From the IMG/VR virus record IMGVR_UViG_3300020202_000001, positions 62,001 through 126,000 of that record: DNA of 64,000 bases; one strand, 5' to 3'. Shown here piece by piece: positions 47,058-55,919 of this stretch (position 1 is its first letter; each line of letters starts with the position of its first letter). The translations under genes and the position numbers were made by a program. The notes beneath the pieces were generated by a model. That model saw only the letters and a list, made by a program, of their open reading frames with translations, ran no database searches and was not told where the DNA came from.

Positions 47058-48209
47058 TTGGCGACGAAGACCATGCCCGAAACCGGGCTCCCCGTGCTGT
47101 ACAGCCGGCGGAGCGACAAGAAGATCCAGACCTGGCGCATCGAGGTCGACCCCGCCGGCCGGTTCCGCGTCCACAGCGGGATCGAGGACGGCAAGACCGT
47201 CACCAGCGAGTGGACCCAGTGCGTCGGGAAGAACCCTGGCAAGAAGAACGCGACGACGCCCCAGCAGCAGGCGGAGCTGGAGGCCCGCGCCCTGTGGAAG
47301 AAGAAGCAGGACGAGGGCTACAAGGTGAACGTCGCCGACGTGGACGTCCAGACGGCCTTCTGGCCGATGCTGGCCGAGCACTACGACGACTTCCCCGAGC
47401 TGGTGAAGGCCGCGTTCGCGGCGGGCGAGACCGTGATGTGCCAGCCGAAGCTGGACGGCATGCGGTGCGTGACCCGCCTCGACGGGATGTGGAGCCGCAA
47501 CGGCAAGCCGGTGCCGTCCGCCCCGCACGTCTACGAGGCCCTGTCCAAGCAGCTCCGGCACTACGCCCAGGTGACGTTCGACGGGGAGCTGTACGCGGAC
47601 AAGTTCGCGGACGACTTCAACAAGATCATCTCGCTGGCGAAGAAGGGCAAGCCGAAGCCGGCCGACCTGGCCGAGTCGGCCGAGCACCTGCAGTACCACG
47701 TCTACGACGCCCACTCGGCGGCCCTGCCCGACCGGCCGTTCTCGAAGCGGCACGCGTTCCTCCGCGACGTGGTCGAGCTGGTGAACCACCCCGCGATCGT
47801 GCTCGTCGAGACGGTCGTCGCCCAGGACATGGAGCACATCGAGACGCTCTTCGGGCAGTGGCGGGCGAAGGGGTACGAGGGGGCGATGATCCGCCTCGAC
47901 CGGCCGTACGAGAACAAGCGGTCCCGGAGCCTGCTGAAGTTCAAGCAGTTCGTCGAGGAGGAGTTCAAGGTCGTCGACGTGATCGAGGGCGTCGGCAACA
48001 AGTCCGGGATGGCGGGCGCGCTGGAGTTCAAGACCGCGGCGGGGCGTAAGTTCACCGCCGCGATCATGGGCAACCGCGCGTTCTTCCGAAAGCTCCTCGC
48101 CGACAAGAAGAACGTGAAGGGCAAGGTCGCCACGGTGCAGTTCCAGAACTACACCCCGGACGGGAGCCCCCGGTTCCCGTGCGTCAAGGCGATCCGCGAC
48201 TACGAGTAG
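47058..48209 (+). CDS. lig: ATP-dependent DNA ligase with an N-terminal WGR-like domain
   Basis: Motif I QPKLDGMR, motif III FDGELY, YHVYDA, motif IV GYEGAMIR, motif V LLKFK, OB-fold TVQFQNYTPDGSPRFP. Confidence 0.9.
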   Translation: MATKTMPETGLPVLYSRRSDKKIQTWRIEVDPAGRFRVHSGIEDGKTVTSEWTQCVGKNPGKKNATTPQQQAELEARALWKKKQDEGYKVNVADVDVQTAFWPMLAEHYDDFPELVKAAFAAGETVMCQPKLDGMRCVTRLDGMWSRNGKPVPSAPHVYEALSKQLRHYAQVTFDGELYADKFADDFNKIISLAKKGKPKPADLAESAEHLQYHVYDAHSAALPDRPFSKRHAFLRDVVELVNHPAIVLVETVVAQDMEHIETLFGQWRAKGYEGAMIRLDRPYENKRSRSLLKFKQFVEEEFKVVDVIEGVGNKSGMAGALEFKTAAGRKFTAAIMGNRAFFRKLLADKKNVKGKVATVQFQNYTPDGSPRFPCVKAIRDYE

Positions 48210-48216
48210 GGACGCC

Positions 48217-48828
48217 ATGGCGAAGACGATGATGTGGCAGGGCGGCCTGAAGCCCGTGCCGCCGGAGGTGCGCGACAAGCCTCCGGCGGTGCGGGCCGCC
48301 GCCATGCAGCAGAAGTTCGGACACAACAACCCGCCGTACCCGCCGCCCGGCTTCGGCCGGGAGATGATGGAGCGGCGGAAGCGGAACGTCTGGCCCAAGC
48401 TCGACAAGCTCCCGAGCCCGCCGCCCGGCGTGGCCGAGGGCAAGTACAAGGGCCTGAAGGTCTACACGGGCGACGGCACGCAGTACGGCCGGGCCAACGG
48501 CACCACCTTCCCCTGTTCGATGGAGGGGTGTCGGGGCAGCCGGGTCGTCGTCGTGTGGTCGGACGGCAAGATGAGCTACCCCTGCGGGAAGGGGCTCGTC
48601 GAGTACAAGGACGGCTGGAGGATCAACGATGGCACGGTCAGCAGTGGCGAGCCTGCTACGCCGGAAGGAGCTGTACAAGCTGCTCCCGAGCAAGCTGCAG
48701 GAGATCTACCGGCGGCTGACGGGGGAGACGCTGGAGATCGCGAAGGCGTCGCTGATCGAGAAGATCCTGGAGGCGGAGGCGAAGAACCCGCTGCAGGACC
48801 GGCCGGTCAGGTTCCAGGCGATCGCTGA
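48217..48828 (+). CDS. Hypothetical protein
   Basis: CSMEGC...YPCGKG; last 200 nt overlap the next gene. Confidence 0.5.
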   Translation: MAKTMMWQGGLKPVPPEVRDKPPAVRAAAMQQKFGHNNPPYPPPGFGREMMERRKRNVWPKLDKLPSPPPGVAEGKYKGLKVYTGDGTQYGRANGTTFPCSMEGCRGSRVVVVWSDGKMSYPCGKGLVEYKDGWRINDGTVSSGEPATPEGAVQAAPEQAAGDLPAADGGDAGDREGVADREDPGGGGEEPAAGPAGQVPGDR

Positions 48829-49039
48829 CGCCGTCCGCGACGCGCTGTGCGAGTGCGACAAGGAGGACACCCGCGACCTCGCGGACGTCCTCCGGTCGGT
48901 GCTCGAACCGATCCGCGCCAGCGGGAAGGCGCTGGAGGTCGCGACGTTCGGCGGCGACGGCTACCACCTGACGCTCAGCAGCACGGCGGAACGCCTCGGC
49001 GAGATCGCCGAGAACCTCGCCGAGAACGGGATGCCCTGA
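48629..49039 (+). CDS. Hypothetical helical protein
   Basis: 136-aa GC3-rich ORF. Confidence 0.55.
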   Translation: MARSAVASLLRRKELYKLLPSKLQEIYRRLTGETLEIAKASLIEKILEAEAKNPLQDRPVRFQAIADAVRDALCECDKEDTRDLADVLRSVLEPIRASGKALEVATFGGDGYHLTLSSTAERLGEIAENLAENGMP

Positions 49040-49042
49040 CAC

Positions 49043-49522
49043 ATGGAACTGAACACCGCTATCATCACCTGGTGCGATCGCACGCTGAACCCGCGGCCCG
49101 GCTACTACGCCGGACGCGGACCCAAGCGGGGCGACCTGAACGACAAGCACCTCCAGCAGCTGTGGGCCGGCATCAAGAAGGACTTCGGCGACGAGCAGGC
49201 GGCCGAGTTCGTGAAGATGGTCGCGGACCTGAAGGACATGAGCGCCACGGCGTTCCTCGTGTCCATGGAGCACTTCTGGGCTCACGGCCTGAAGTGGACC
49301 GGCCGCGAGCAGGAGCCGGGCGACGGCAACACGATGTCCGCCCGGGGCGACGATCGGTTCACCGAGGGCATGTGCGTCATCGCCTCCGTCCTCGGCCGGC
49401 AGAACTCGTCGCCCGAGCAAGAGGCGTTCGAGTCCTACAACATCAAGGCCCCGTTCCTGCGACGGCACGGAGTCGAGATCGAGCCGCCAGCCCTCGGCGG
49501 CGAAGTCTTCGGGTACCGATGA
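49043..49522 (+). CDS. Hypothetical protein
   Basis: 159 aa; ATGA coupling to the kinase-like gene. Confidence 0.6.
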   Translation: MELNTAIITWCDRTLNPRPGYYAGRGPKRGDLNDKHLQQLWAGIKKDFGDEQAAEFVKMVADLKDMSATAFLVSMEHFWAHGLKWTGREQEPGDGNTMSARGDDRFTEGMCVIASVLGRQNSSPEQEAFESYNIKAPFLRRHGVEIEPPALGGEVFGYR

Positions 49523-50454
49523 AGAAACCCAGGCCGAAGCGACGCCTCGACATCCCCACGGTCTCCGGCAAGTTCGGGACCGGGGCGACGGTGTGGGGCG
49601 CGAAGCACGAGTACACGGTCGGGAAGCTGGTCGGACAGACCACGACGAGCGACCTGTACCTCGCGACCCCCGGCGTCGGCGACCCCGCCTTCATCAAGAT
49701 CGTCCGCGACCCGGACGACAACGACCTCGCCGAGCGTGAGGTCGAGATCCTGAGCCACGTCTACCCCCGCGTCTGGGCGGAGGGCAAGAAGTACCTGCCC
49801 CAGCTCGTCGAGGTCGTCGACGTGTCGGACGAGGACGGCAAGCGGAAGGCGCTCGTCTTCCCGTACGACCCGCGGTTCTACTCGCTGGCCGAGGTGCTGG
49901 CCGAGTACCCGCAGGGCGTCGAGCCGAAGCACGCGGCGTGGATGATTAACCGGATGCTGGAGGCGATCCACTTCGCCAACTACACGGCCGGCGTCGTCCA
50001 CGGGGCGCTGCTGCCCCACAACTTCCACGTCCACGCCGACACGCACGCCGGGCTGATGACCGAGTGGTCGTTCGCGGCCCGCGACGCGTACGAGGTTCAC
50101 GACGGCTCGGGCACGAACCTGAAGCCGGGCGAGGACGTCGTCGCGGTCGACGACGCGTACCAGGCGTGGTACCCGCCGGAGGTGCTGAAGAAGGAGCCGC
50201 ACAACTTCTCGGTCGACCTGTGGATGATGAGCAAGTGTGCGATCCAGCTGTTGGGCGGTGACCCCCTTTCGGGTAAGCTGCCCGCGTCGGTGCCGAAGCC
50301 GATCGCCGGGTTCCTGCGGTACATCACGCTCCAGCAGGACCCGTCGAAGCGGCCGCAGGAGGCCCTCAAGCTCCACGACGAGTTCGGCGACATCTGCAAG
50401 CAGGTGTTTGGCCCCAAGAAGTTCCACAAGTTCCACATGCCGCCGCGGGCGTAA
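49519..50454 (+). CDS. Hanks-type protein-kinase-fold protein with degenerate catalytic motifs (pseudokinase-like)
   Basis: Start ATG 49519; FIKI..alphaC REVEIL, VHGALLPHN, LMTEWS, WYPPEVL, SVDLWMMSKC. Confidence 0.7.
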   Translation: MKKPRPKRRLDIPTVSGKFGTGATVWGAKHEYTVGKLVGQTTTSDLYLATPGVGDPAFIKIVRDPDDNDLAEREVEILSHVYPRVWAEGKKYLPQLVEVVDVSDEDGKRKALVFPYDPRFYSLAEVLAEYPQGVEPKHAAWMINRMLEAIHFANYTAGVVHGALLPHNFHVHADTHAGLMTEWSFAARDAYEVHDGSGTNLKPGEDVVAVDDAYQAWYPPEVLKKEPHNFSVDLWMMSKCAIQLLGGDPLSGKLPASVPKPIAGFLRYITLQQDPSKRPQEALKLHDEFGDICKQVFGPKKFHKFHMPPRA

Positions 50455-50466
50455 CCGCGGGGCAGT

Positions 50467-50486
50467 TCCAAAAACCGGTTTTGAGA
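50467..50486. promoter_or_regulatory. Dispersed palindrome, copy 8 (TCCAAAAACCGGTTTTGAGA)
   Basis: Intergenic between the kinase-like and vWA genes. Confidence 0.85.
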
Positions 50487-50518
50487 TCCGGTAGTGTCCG
50501 TCAGAAGGAGTCCCACCC

Positions 50519-51493
50519 ATGGGCGGTAGCAACTTTTCCTCCGAAGCGTACGCCACGAAGTCCGTCCTCCGCGCCAGCGCCGGCGTCGCGGGCCGGTCCA
50601 CGATGCACACCAAGGCCGTCAGCGAGGGCAAGGCCCCGGCGCTGCACGACAAGATGAGCCCGATGGGCGTGAAGGTCCGCGAGAGCCGCGACAGCGCCGT
50701 GCACCCGAACAGCACGGGCGTGATCTTCCTGCTCGACGTCACGGGCAGCATGGGCCAGGTGCCCGTGCAGATCCAGAAGCACCTGCCGGTCCTGCCCGAG
50801 ACGCTCGTCAAGGGCGGGCACCTGCCCGACGCCGCGATCATGATGATGGCGGTCGGCGACGCCTACTGCGACACGGTCCCGCTCCAGGTCGGGCAGTTCG
50901 AGTCCGGCAACGAGATGGACGAGGACCTCGACCGCCTCTACATCGAGGGCGGCGGGAGCCCCGGCCACATGGGCGGCCACGAGAGCTACGAGCTGGGCAT
51001 GTACTTCGCCGCCCGGCACACCGCGATGGACTGCCTGGAGAAGCGGAACCGCAAGGGCTACCTCTTCATCGCGTGCGACGAGATGCCGTACGACGTCGTC
51101 AAGCGCGACCAGGTCAAGCGGATCATGGGGCCGACCGCCGAGATCGAGGCGGACATCCCGCTCGACGAGATCGTCGCGGAGCTGAAGAAGAAGTTCCACG
51201 TCTACGTCCTGATCGCGCCGACCGCGTCCGGCCAGCAGCCCGCCGTCCGCCAGCGGTGGCAACAGCTGTTCGGCGAGAACGTCATCATGCTCCCCAGCGC
51301 CGAGCAGACGGCGAAGCTCGTGGCCGACTGCATCGCGGCCAACGAGGAGGCGATCGGCAAGGGCCAGGTCTTCGCGACGGCGGACGACGACGCCGGCGGC
51401 GACGACGCGGACGCCGACGACCACGGCAGCGGTGGCACGGCCACCGCCACCAAGCCCGCCGTGAAGAAGCCCGGCAAGGCCAAGCGGCTGTAA
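50519..51493 (+). CDS. von Willebrand factor A domain protein
   Basis: MIDAS motif FLLDVTGSM, GGGS..HESYE, LFIACDE; acidic then basic C-terminal tail. Confidence 0.8.
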   Translation: MGGSNFSSEAYATKSVLRASAGVAGRSTMHTKAVSEGKAPALHDKMSPMGVKVRESRDSAVHPNSTGVIFLLDVTGSMGQVPVQIQKHLPVLPETLVKGGHLPDAAIMMMAVGDAYCDTVPLQVGQFESGNEMDEDLDRLYIEGGGSPGHMGGHESYELGMYFAARHTAMDCLEKRNRKGYLFIACDEMPYDVVKRDQVKRIMGPTAEIEADIPLDEIVAELKKKFHVYVLIAPTASGQQPAVRQRWQQLFGENVIMLPSAEQTAKLVADCIAANEEAIGKGQVFATADDDAGGDDADADDHGSGGTATATKPAVKKPGKAKRL

Positions 51494-51526
51494 CCGCGAC
51501 CCGCACCGTAACCCCGTAACCACAGG

Positions 51527-51552
51527 AGGCCCCGGCGGAGACGCCGGGGCCT
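51527..51552 (+). terminator. Perfect 11-bp hairpin with GAGA tetraloop just before the AdSS-like start
   Basis: AGGCCCCGGCG-GAGA-CGCCGGGGCCT followed by ACCCTTT-ATG. Confidence 0.55.
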
Positions 51553-51559
51553 ACCCTTT

Positions 51560-53056
51560 ATGCAGCAGACGAAGGTTTACGTCGTTGTCGATCTGGGCTT
51601 CGGTGACGCCGGCAAGGGCACGGTCGTGGACTACCTGGTCCGCACGCGCAAGGCCGGCACCGTGGTCCGATTCAACGGCGGGGCACAGGCGGCCCACAAC
51701 GTGACGCTCCCGGACGGCCGGCGGCACCCGTTCAGCCAGTTCGGCAGCGGGACGTTCGTGCCGGGCGTGAAGACGTACCTCACCGAGGACGTCCTGTTCG
51801 ACCCCAACTCCCTGCTCGGCGAGGAGGCCGCCCTGCAGGCGCTGGGCGTGACCGACGCGTTCGAGCGGTTCGCGGTGCACGAGGAGTGCCTCGTCGTCAC
51901 CCCGTTCCACCGGACGGCCAACCGGCTGCGGGAGGTGGCCCGCGGCGACAAGCCGCACGGGAGCTGCGGGATGGGCATCGGCGAGGCGATGTCCGACGCC
52001 ACCGGCCGCGACAAGGTCGCGATCCGCGTCAAGGACCTACTGCTGCCCGCCGACGAGCTGCGGCGGAAGCTGGAGTGGGTGCGGCAGTACAACGAGGGCA
52101 AGGCGCTCGTCTACTACCCGAAGTACAAGGAGCACCAGCTGGGGCAGGGCCTCGACCCATCGGCCGTCGAGTGGTTCCTCGACCAGTGCCGCCGCGTGGC
52201 GGACCTGGTGACGATCGCCGATGACGCGTACGAGGACAAGCACGTCTTCAACTGCGACAGCGACCAAGTCGTCGTGTGCGAGGGAGCACAGGGCGTCCTG
52301 CTCGACGAGCACTACGGGTTCCACCCCTACACGACGTGGAGCACGGTGACCCCGCACCGGGTGCTGGAGAAGATCCGCGAGGCGAACTACATCACCGGCA
52401 CGGTCGGCGGCGAGGTCGAGCGGGTCGGCGTGACGCGGGCGTACCAGACGCGGCACGGGGCCGGGCCGTTCCCGACGTGGGAGCGGGGCGGCAAGGCGTG
52501 GGAGCACCTCGGTGCCCCCGACGCCAACAAGGAGCACGAGTGGCAGGGCAAGTTCCGCGTGGGCTGGCTCGACACCGTGCTCCTGCGGTACGCGATCGAG
52601 GCGTGCAGCGTGCCGTGGTCGACGCAGACGATCGACTGGCTGGCCGTGACGTGCCTCGACCGGCTGCACGGGGCGTTCCCGCAGGTGCCGGTCTGCACGC
52701 ACTACGTCCAGTACCGGGCGGACGCGAAGAAGGTCAGGCACCTGCCGGTCGCCCGCCGGCCCACGCTCGGCGGGCAGGAGATCCTCACGGAGTTCCTGAT
52801 GGGTGCCCAGCCGAGCCAGTTCCCCCGGTTCGACGTGAGCTACCAGGCGGTCGACTACGACCACCTGCTGCCGTACATCGAGCAGCAGGTGGGCGTCCCG
52901 GTGGGGCTCTCCAGCCGGGGGCCGACGTGGCAGGACAAGCTCGAACACGAGGCGTGGGTCGTGCACGGGATTTACGGCAAGACGAAGGTGAAACATGGGC
53001 CTGAAGAAGTCGGTCGAAATCCTGGCGAAACTCAACTTCAGTTCCGAACGCCTTAG
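51560..53056 (+). CDS. Adenylosuccinate-synthetase-family protein (divergent paralogue)
   Basis: GFGDAGKG, RFNGGAQAAHN, EGAQGVLLD..YGFHPYTTWS, VTRAYQTRHGAGPF, RVGWLD, LAVTCLD. Confidence 0.85.
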   Translation: MQQTKVYVVVDLGFGDAGKGTVVDYLVRTRKAGTVVRFNGGAQAAHNVTLPDGRRHPFSQFGSGTFVPGVKTYLTEDVLFDPNSLLGEEAALQALGVTDAFERFAVHEECLVVTPFHRTANRLREVARGDKPHGSCGMGIGEAMSDATGRDKVAIRVKDLLLPADELRRKLEWVRQYNEGKALVYYPKYKEHQLGQGLDPSAVEWFLDQCRRVADLVTIADDAYEDKHVFNCDSDQVVVCEGAQGVLLDEHYGFHPYTTWSTVTPHRVLEKIREANYITGTVGGEVERVGVTRAYQTRHGAGPFPTWERGGKAWEHLGAPDANKEHEWQGKFRVGWLDTVLLRYAIEACSVPWSTQTIDWLAVTCLDRLHGAFPQVPVCTHYVQYRADAKKVRHLPVARRPTLGGQEILTEFLMGAQPSQFPRFDVSYQAVDYDHLLPYIEQQVGVPVGLSSRGPTWQDKLEHEAWVVHGIYGKTKVKHGPEEVGRNPGETQLQFRTP

Positions 53057-53444
53057 GCGGGCCGTGTGCCACGCCCTGGCGACGGACTACTACAGCGAGG
53101 CCGGCATCGTCGACCGGTTCGAGCTGTACCACATCGCGGTCTGGTACGTCGAGGACAGCCACCAGCCGACCCTCGACGAGTTCGACGAAGAGTTGCAACA
53201 GAAGGCCGCACGCATCGTGCGGCGATTGGTCCCGGAGCTACGACATGGCAAAGGAAACGCGAAACTTTCGGATGCACCCCAAGCTGCTGATGGACGTCAT
53301 CAAGCGGCAGGCCGGCACGCTGTCCAAGGCCATCCTCGAAGGCGTGATGAACGCCGAGGACGCAAGGGCGAAGAAGGTCAGCATCTCGCTGACAGAGGAC
53401 AGCCTCGTGATCGAGGACGACGGCGAAGGGTTCAAAAGCCGTGA
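52995..53444 (+). CDS. Small hypothetical protein (coding-like part ends near 53250; run-on tail overlaps the next gene)
   Basis: GC3-rich codons fill the gap between the AdSS-like and GHKL genes. Confidence 0.5.
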   Translation: MGLKKSVEILAKLNFSSERLRRAVCHALATDYYSEAGIVDRFELYHIAVWYVEDSHQPTLDEFDEELQQKAARIVRRLVPELRHGKGNAKLSDAPQAADGRHQAAGRHAVQGHPRRRDERRGRKGEEGQHLADRGQPRDRGRRRRVQKP

Positions 53445-54948
53445 CACGATCGTGAAGTTCTTCGAGGTGTTCGGGCAGCCGCACGACGCCTCGGAGGGCA
53501 AGAAGTTCGGGACGTTCCGCATGGGCCGCGGCCAGCTGTTCGCCTTCGGGTCGAACGAGTGGCAGACCGGCACCTACCGGATGCACGTCGACATCAACGA
53601 GAAGGGCCTCGACTACGACCTGGAGACGGACGCCAAGAAGGTGCCCGGCTGCCGGATCGAGATCAAGCTGTACGAGCCGATCGGCCTGTCGGGCGTCGCC
53701 GACGTACGGCGGGACCTGGAGCTGTGGTGCAAGTGGGTGTACCCGTGCCGGGTGTACTTCAACGGCGACATGATCTCCAACAACCCCGAGCTGGGGAAGT
53801 GGACGGACCGCACGCCCGAGGCGTTCGTCAACCTGAAGGAGAAGGGGTCGCTCGTCGTCTACAACCTCGGCGTGTACGTCTGCGAGTTCCCGGCCCACAA
53901 GTTCGGCACCGGCGGCGAGGTCGTCTCGAAGCAGCAGCTGCGGGTGAACTTCGCCCGCAACGACATCCAATCGGACTGCCCGGTCTGGCGGAAGGTCAAG
54001 CCGTTCATCGACCAGCGGGCGAGCGAGCGGGTGAAGGACAAGAAGAGCCTCAACGACGACGAGCGCCAGCGGCTCGCCGACAAGCTCCGCCGGGGAGAGA
54101 TGGAGGGCGACGAGGCGAGCCGGCAGCTCCGGCTGTTCACCGCCGTCACCGGCCGGCACTTCGCGGCCGACGACCTGATCGACGCCCACGGGTACAAGGC
54201 GTTCTCGGTGGCCCCGAAGGGCGACCGCACCGGGGAGCTGGTCATGAACCGCGGGCTGGCGTTCGTCTTCGCGACGCAGACGCTGGAGCGGTTCGAGTGC
54301 ACCGGCGTGCCCGAGCTGCTGGAGTGGGTCGCCAAGACGTTCGCCCGCGACTACGAGACGCAGTGGGCGTGCAAGAAGCCCTACAAGCCGTTCGAGGAGC
54401 TGCGGAAGGGCCTGAGCGACGACTACACGATCCTCGACGAGAACGAGCTGACGCCGAAGGAGCTGCTCTGGCTCCGGCTGCTCGAAGCCAAGGCCGACCT
54501 CCTCTGCACCGAGGGCCGCGGGTGCTACTCCAGTTGGCGGGGCGCGAGCGCCCGCAAGCTGATGATCGGGCTGACCGACGCGGCCCACGGGTGGACCGAC
54601 GCGTCGACGTACGTCGCGATCAACCGGAAGTGGCTGCTGAAGCGCGAGCCCGACGTGGCGGGCATCACGGACGTCGGCATGCTGCTGATCCACGAGGCGT
54701 GCCACCACACGCCCGACCTCGAAGAGCACGACCACGACCAGGAGTTCTTCGAGGAGTACCACGACATGACGCACCTCTGCCTGTCGAAGTTCGTGTCGTC
54801 CGCGTTGGCGTACGTCCCGAAGGTCGCGGAGCAGACGGGCCAGAAGCTGGCGAAGAAGCAACTGAAGGCGATCGACAAGGCCGCCGAGGCCGGACGGTCC
54901 GCCGGGAAACTTGAGCGGTCGGTCGCCGCTCGGCAAGGCAAGAGCTGA
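53245..54948 (+). CDS. GHKL (Hsp90/MORC-like) ATPase fused to a C-terminal HExxH zincin-like domain
   Basis: AILEGVMNAEDA, IEDDGEGF, GTFRMGRG; LLIHEACHHTPDLEEHDHDQEFF at 54691. Confidence 0.75.
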   Translation: MAKETRNFRMHPKLLMDVIKRQAGTLSKAILEGVMNAEDARAKKVSISLTEDSLVIEDDGEGFKSRDTIVKFFEVFGQPHDASEGKKFGTFRMGRGQLFAFGSNEWQTGTYRMHVDINEKGLDYDLETDAKKVPGCRIEIKLYEPIGLSGVADVRRDLELWCKWVYPCRVYFNGDMISNNPELGKWTDRTPEAFVNLKEKGSLVVYNLGVYVCEFPAHKFGTGGEVVSKQQLRVNFARNDIQSDCPVWRKVKPFIDQRASERVKDKKSLNDDERQRLADKLRRGEMEGDEASRQLRLFTAVTGRHFAADDLIDAHGYKAFSVAPKGDRTGELVMNRGLAFVFATQTLERFECTGVPELLEWVAKTFARDYETQWACKKPYKPFEELRKGLSDDYTILDENELTPKELLWLRLLEAKADLLCTEGRGCYSSWRGASARKLMIGLTDAAHGWTDASTYVAINRKWLLKREPDVAGITDVGMLLIHEACHHTPDLEEHDHDQEFFEEYHDMTHLCLSKFVSSALAYVPKVAEQTGQKLAKKQLKAIDKAAEAGRSAGKLERSVAARQGKS

Positions 54949-55499
54949 TGGAACCCTGGCAGGGGCTCACGCCCAAGCACCGCCCGTACCAGGGCGGCAA
55001 GGTACTGGTGGACCTACTCAACGCGATCCGGCCGCCCGAGGGGCCGACGCACGAGCCGGACCGGTACTGGTCGTCGAGGATCGCCAAGCAGGACCCGCCC
55101 GCCCACGGGCTGCGGAATTGGACCGTGCTGAAGTACGCGAAGTCGGACCCGAAGAAGCCGTTCCACGTCGGCCGCTGGGACAGCTTCCGGCTGGCCCAGT
55201 ACGACTTCGTGCACGAGGACTGCGTCGAGGACAAGTACCACGTCACCGTCCACGACGACACCGGGCGGAAGTGGGGCGGCGGCGTCCGCATGGAGGTCAC
55301 GGACCGCAAGCTCCGCGGCCGGTTCACCGTCACCGTGGAGCTGAAGCACCACGAGAACGGCCAGTGGTCGCAGCCGACGTACAACTTCGGCGGCCGCAGC
55401 GCCTGGAAGGACGAGGACGTCGCGCGGCTGACGAAGCTGCTCGACTACGCCCGCGAGCTGGGCGACCGCGAGCTGCGGTTCCAGCGCAAGAAGAAGTGA
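54948..55499 (+). CDS. Hypothetical protein
   Basis: 183 aa; TGATG coupling. Confidence 0.55.
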   Translation: MEPWQGLTPKHRPYQGGKVLVDLLNAIRPPEGPTHEPDRYWSSRIAKQDPPAHGLRNWTVLKYAKSDPKKPFHVGRWDSFRLAQYDFVHEDCVEDKYHVTVHDDTGRKWGGGVRMEVTDRKLRGRFTVTVELKHHENGQWSQPTYNFGGRSAWKDEDVARLTKLLDYARELGDRELRFQRKKK

Positions 55500-55518
55500 G
55501 ACGCTCCACGGTACGCAC

Positions 55519-55548
55519 AGGCCCGCCGTCCCCCGAGGCGGCGGGCCT
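55519..55548 (+). terminator. GC-rich hairpin, possible terminator
   Basis: AGGCCCGCCG...CGGCGGGCCT; only a short T run follows. Confidence 0.45.
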
Positions 55549-55604
55549 TGCGTGGTGGGGCCGGGCCGGTAAACTGAGGCCTCATCGGTCAAGGAGGACC
55601 TCAC

Positions 55605-55856
55605 ATGAACGCACTGCTGTTACCGGCTCTCGGGCTCACCGGGGCGATCGCGTTGTTCGCGGTGGCCTCGAAAGGAGGGACGGCGGCGGCACCTGTCGTC
55701 CCGTTCGACGACCGCAAGGCTAACCCGGCGTGGCTCCGCAGGGAGGACGACCTGGAGTACCTGAACCCGCTCTTCGGCACGGGCAAGAAGGCCAAGGGCA
55801 AGCACCGGTCCCCTCCCGCCGGCGTCCGCCATTCGCAACGTCGCCGCCGGCGATAA
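55605..55856 (+). CDS. Small protein with an N-terminal hydrophobic anchor or signal
   Basis: AAGGAGG SD; LLLPALGLTGAIALFAVAS. Confidence 0.55.
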   Translation: MNALLLPALGLTGAIALFAVASKGGTAAAPVVPFDDRKANPAWLRREDDLEYLNPLFGTGKKAKGKHRSPPAGVRHSQRRRRR

Positions 55857-55919
55857 CCCCACGTCCCCCGCCGTACCGCCCGGGCCTGCCCAGCCCGGGC
55901 GTTTTCATGGAGGGCACGG

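Noticed and set aside
51560-53056. PurZ / Z-genome (2-aminoadenine) pathway
   Set aside because: The motif is GDAGKG (Asp kept) rather than the Ser of PurZ, and no dATPase or MazZ-like neighbours were seen.
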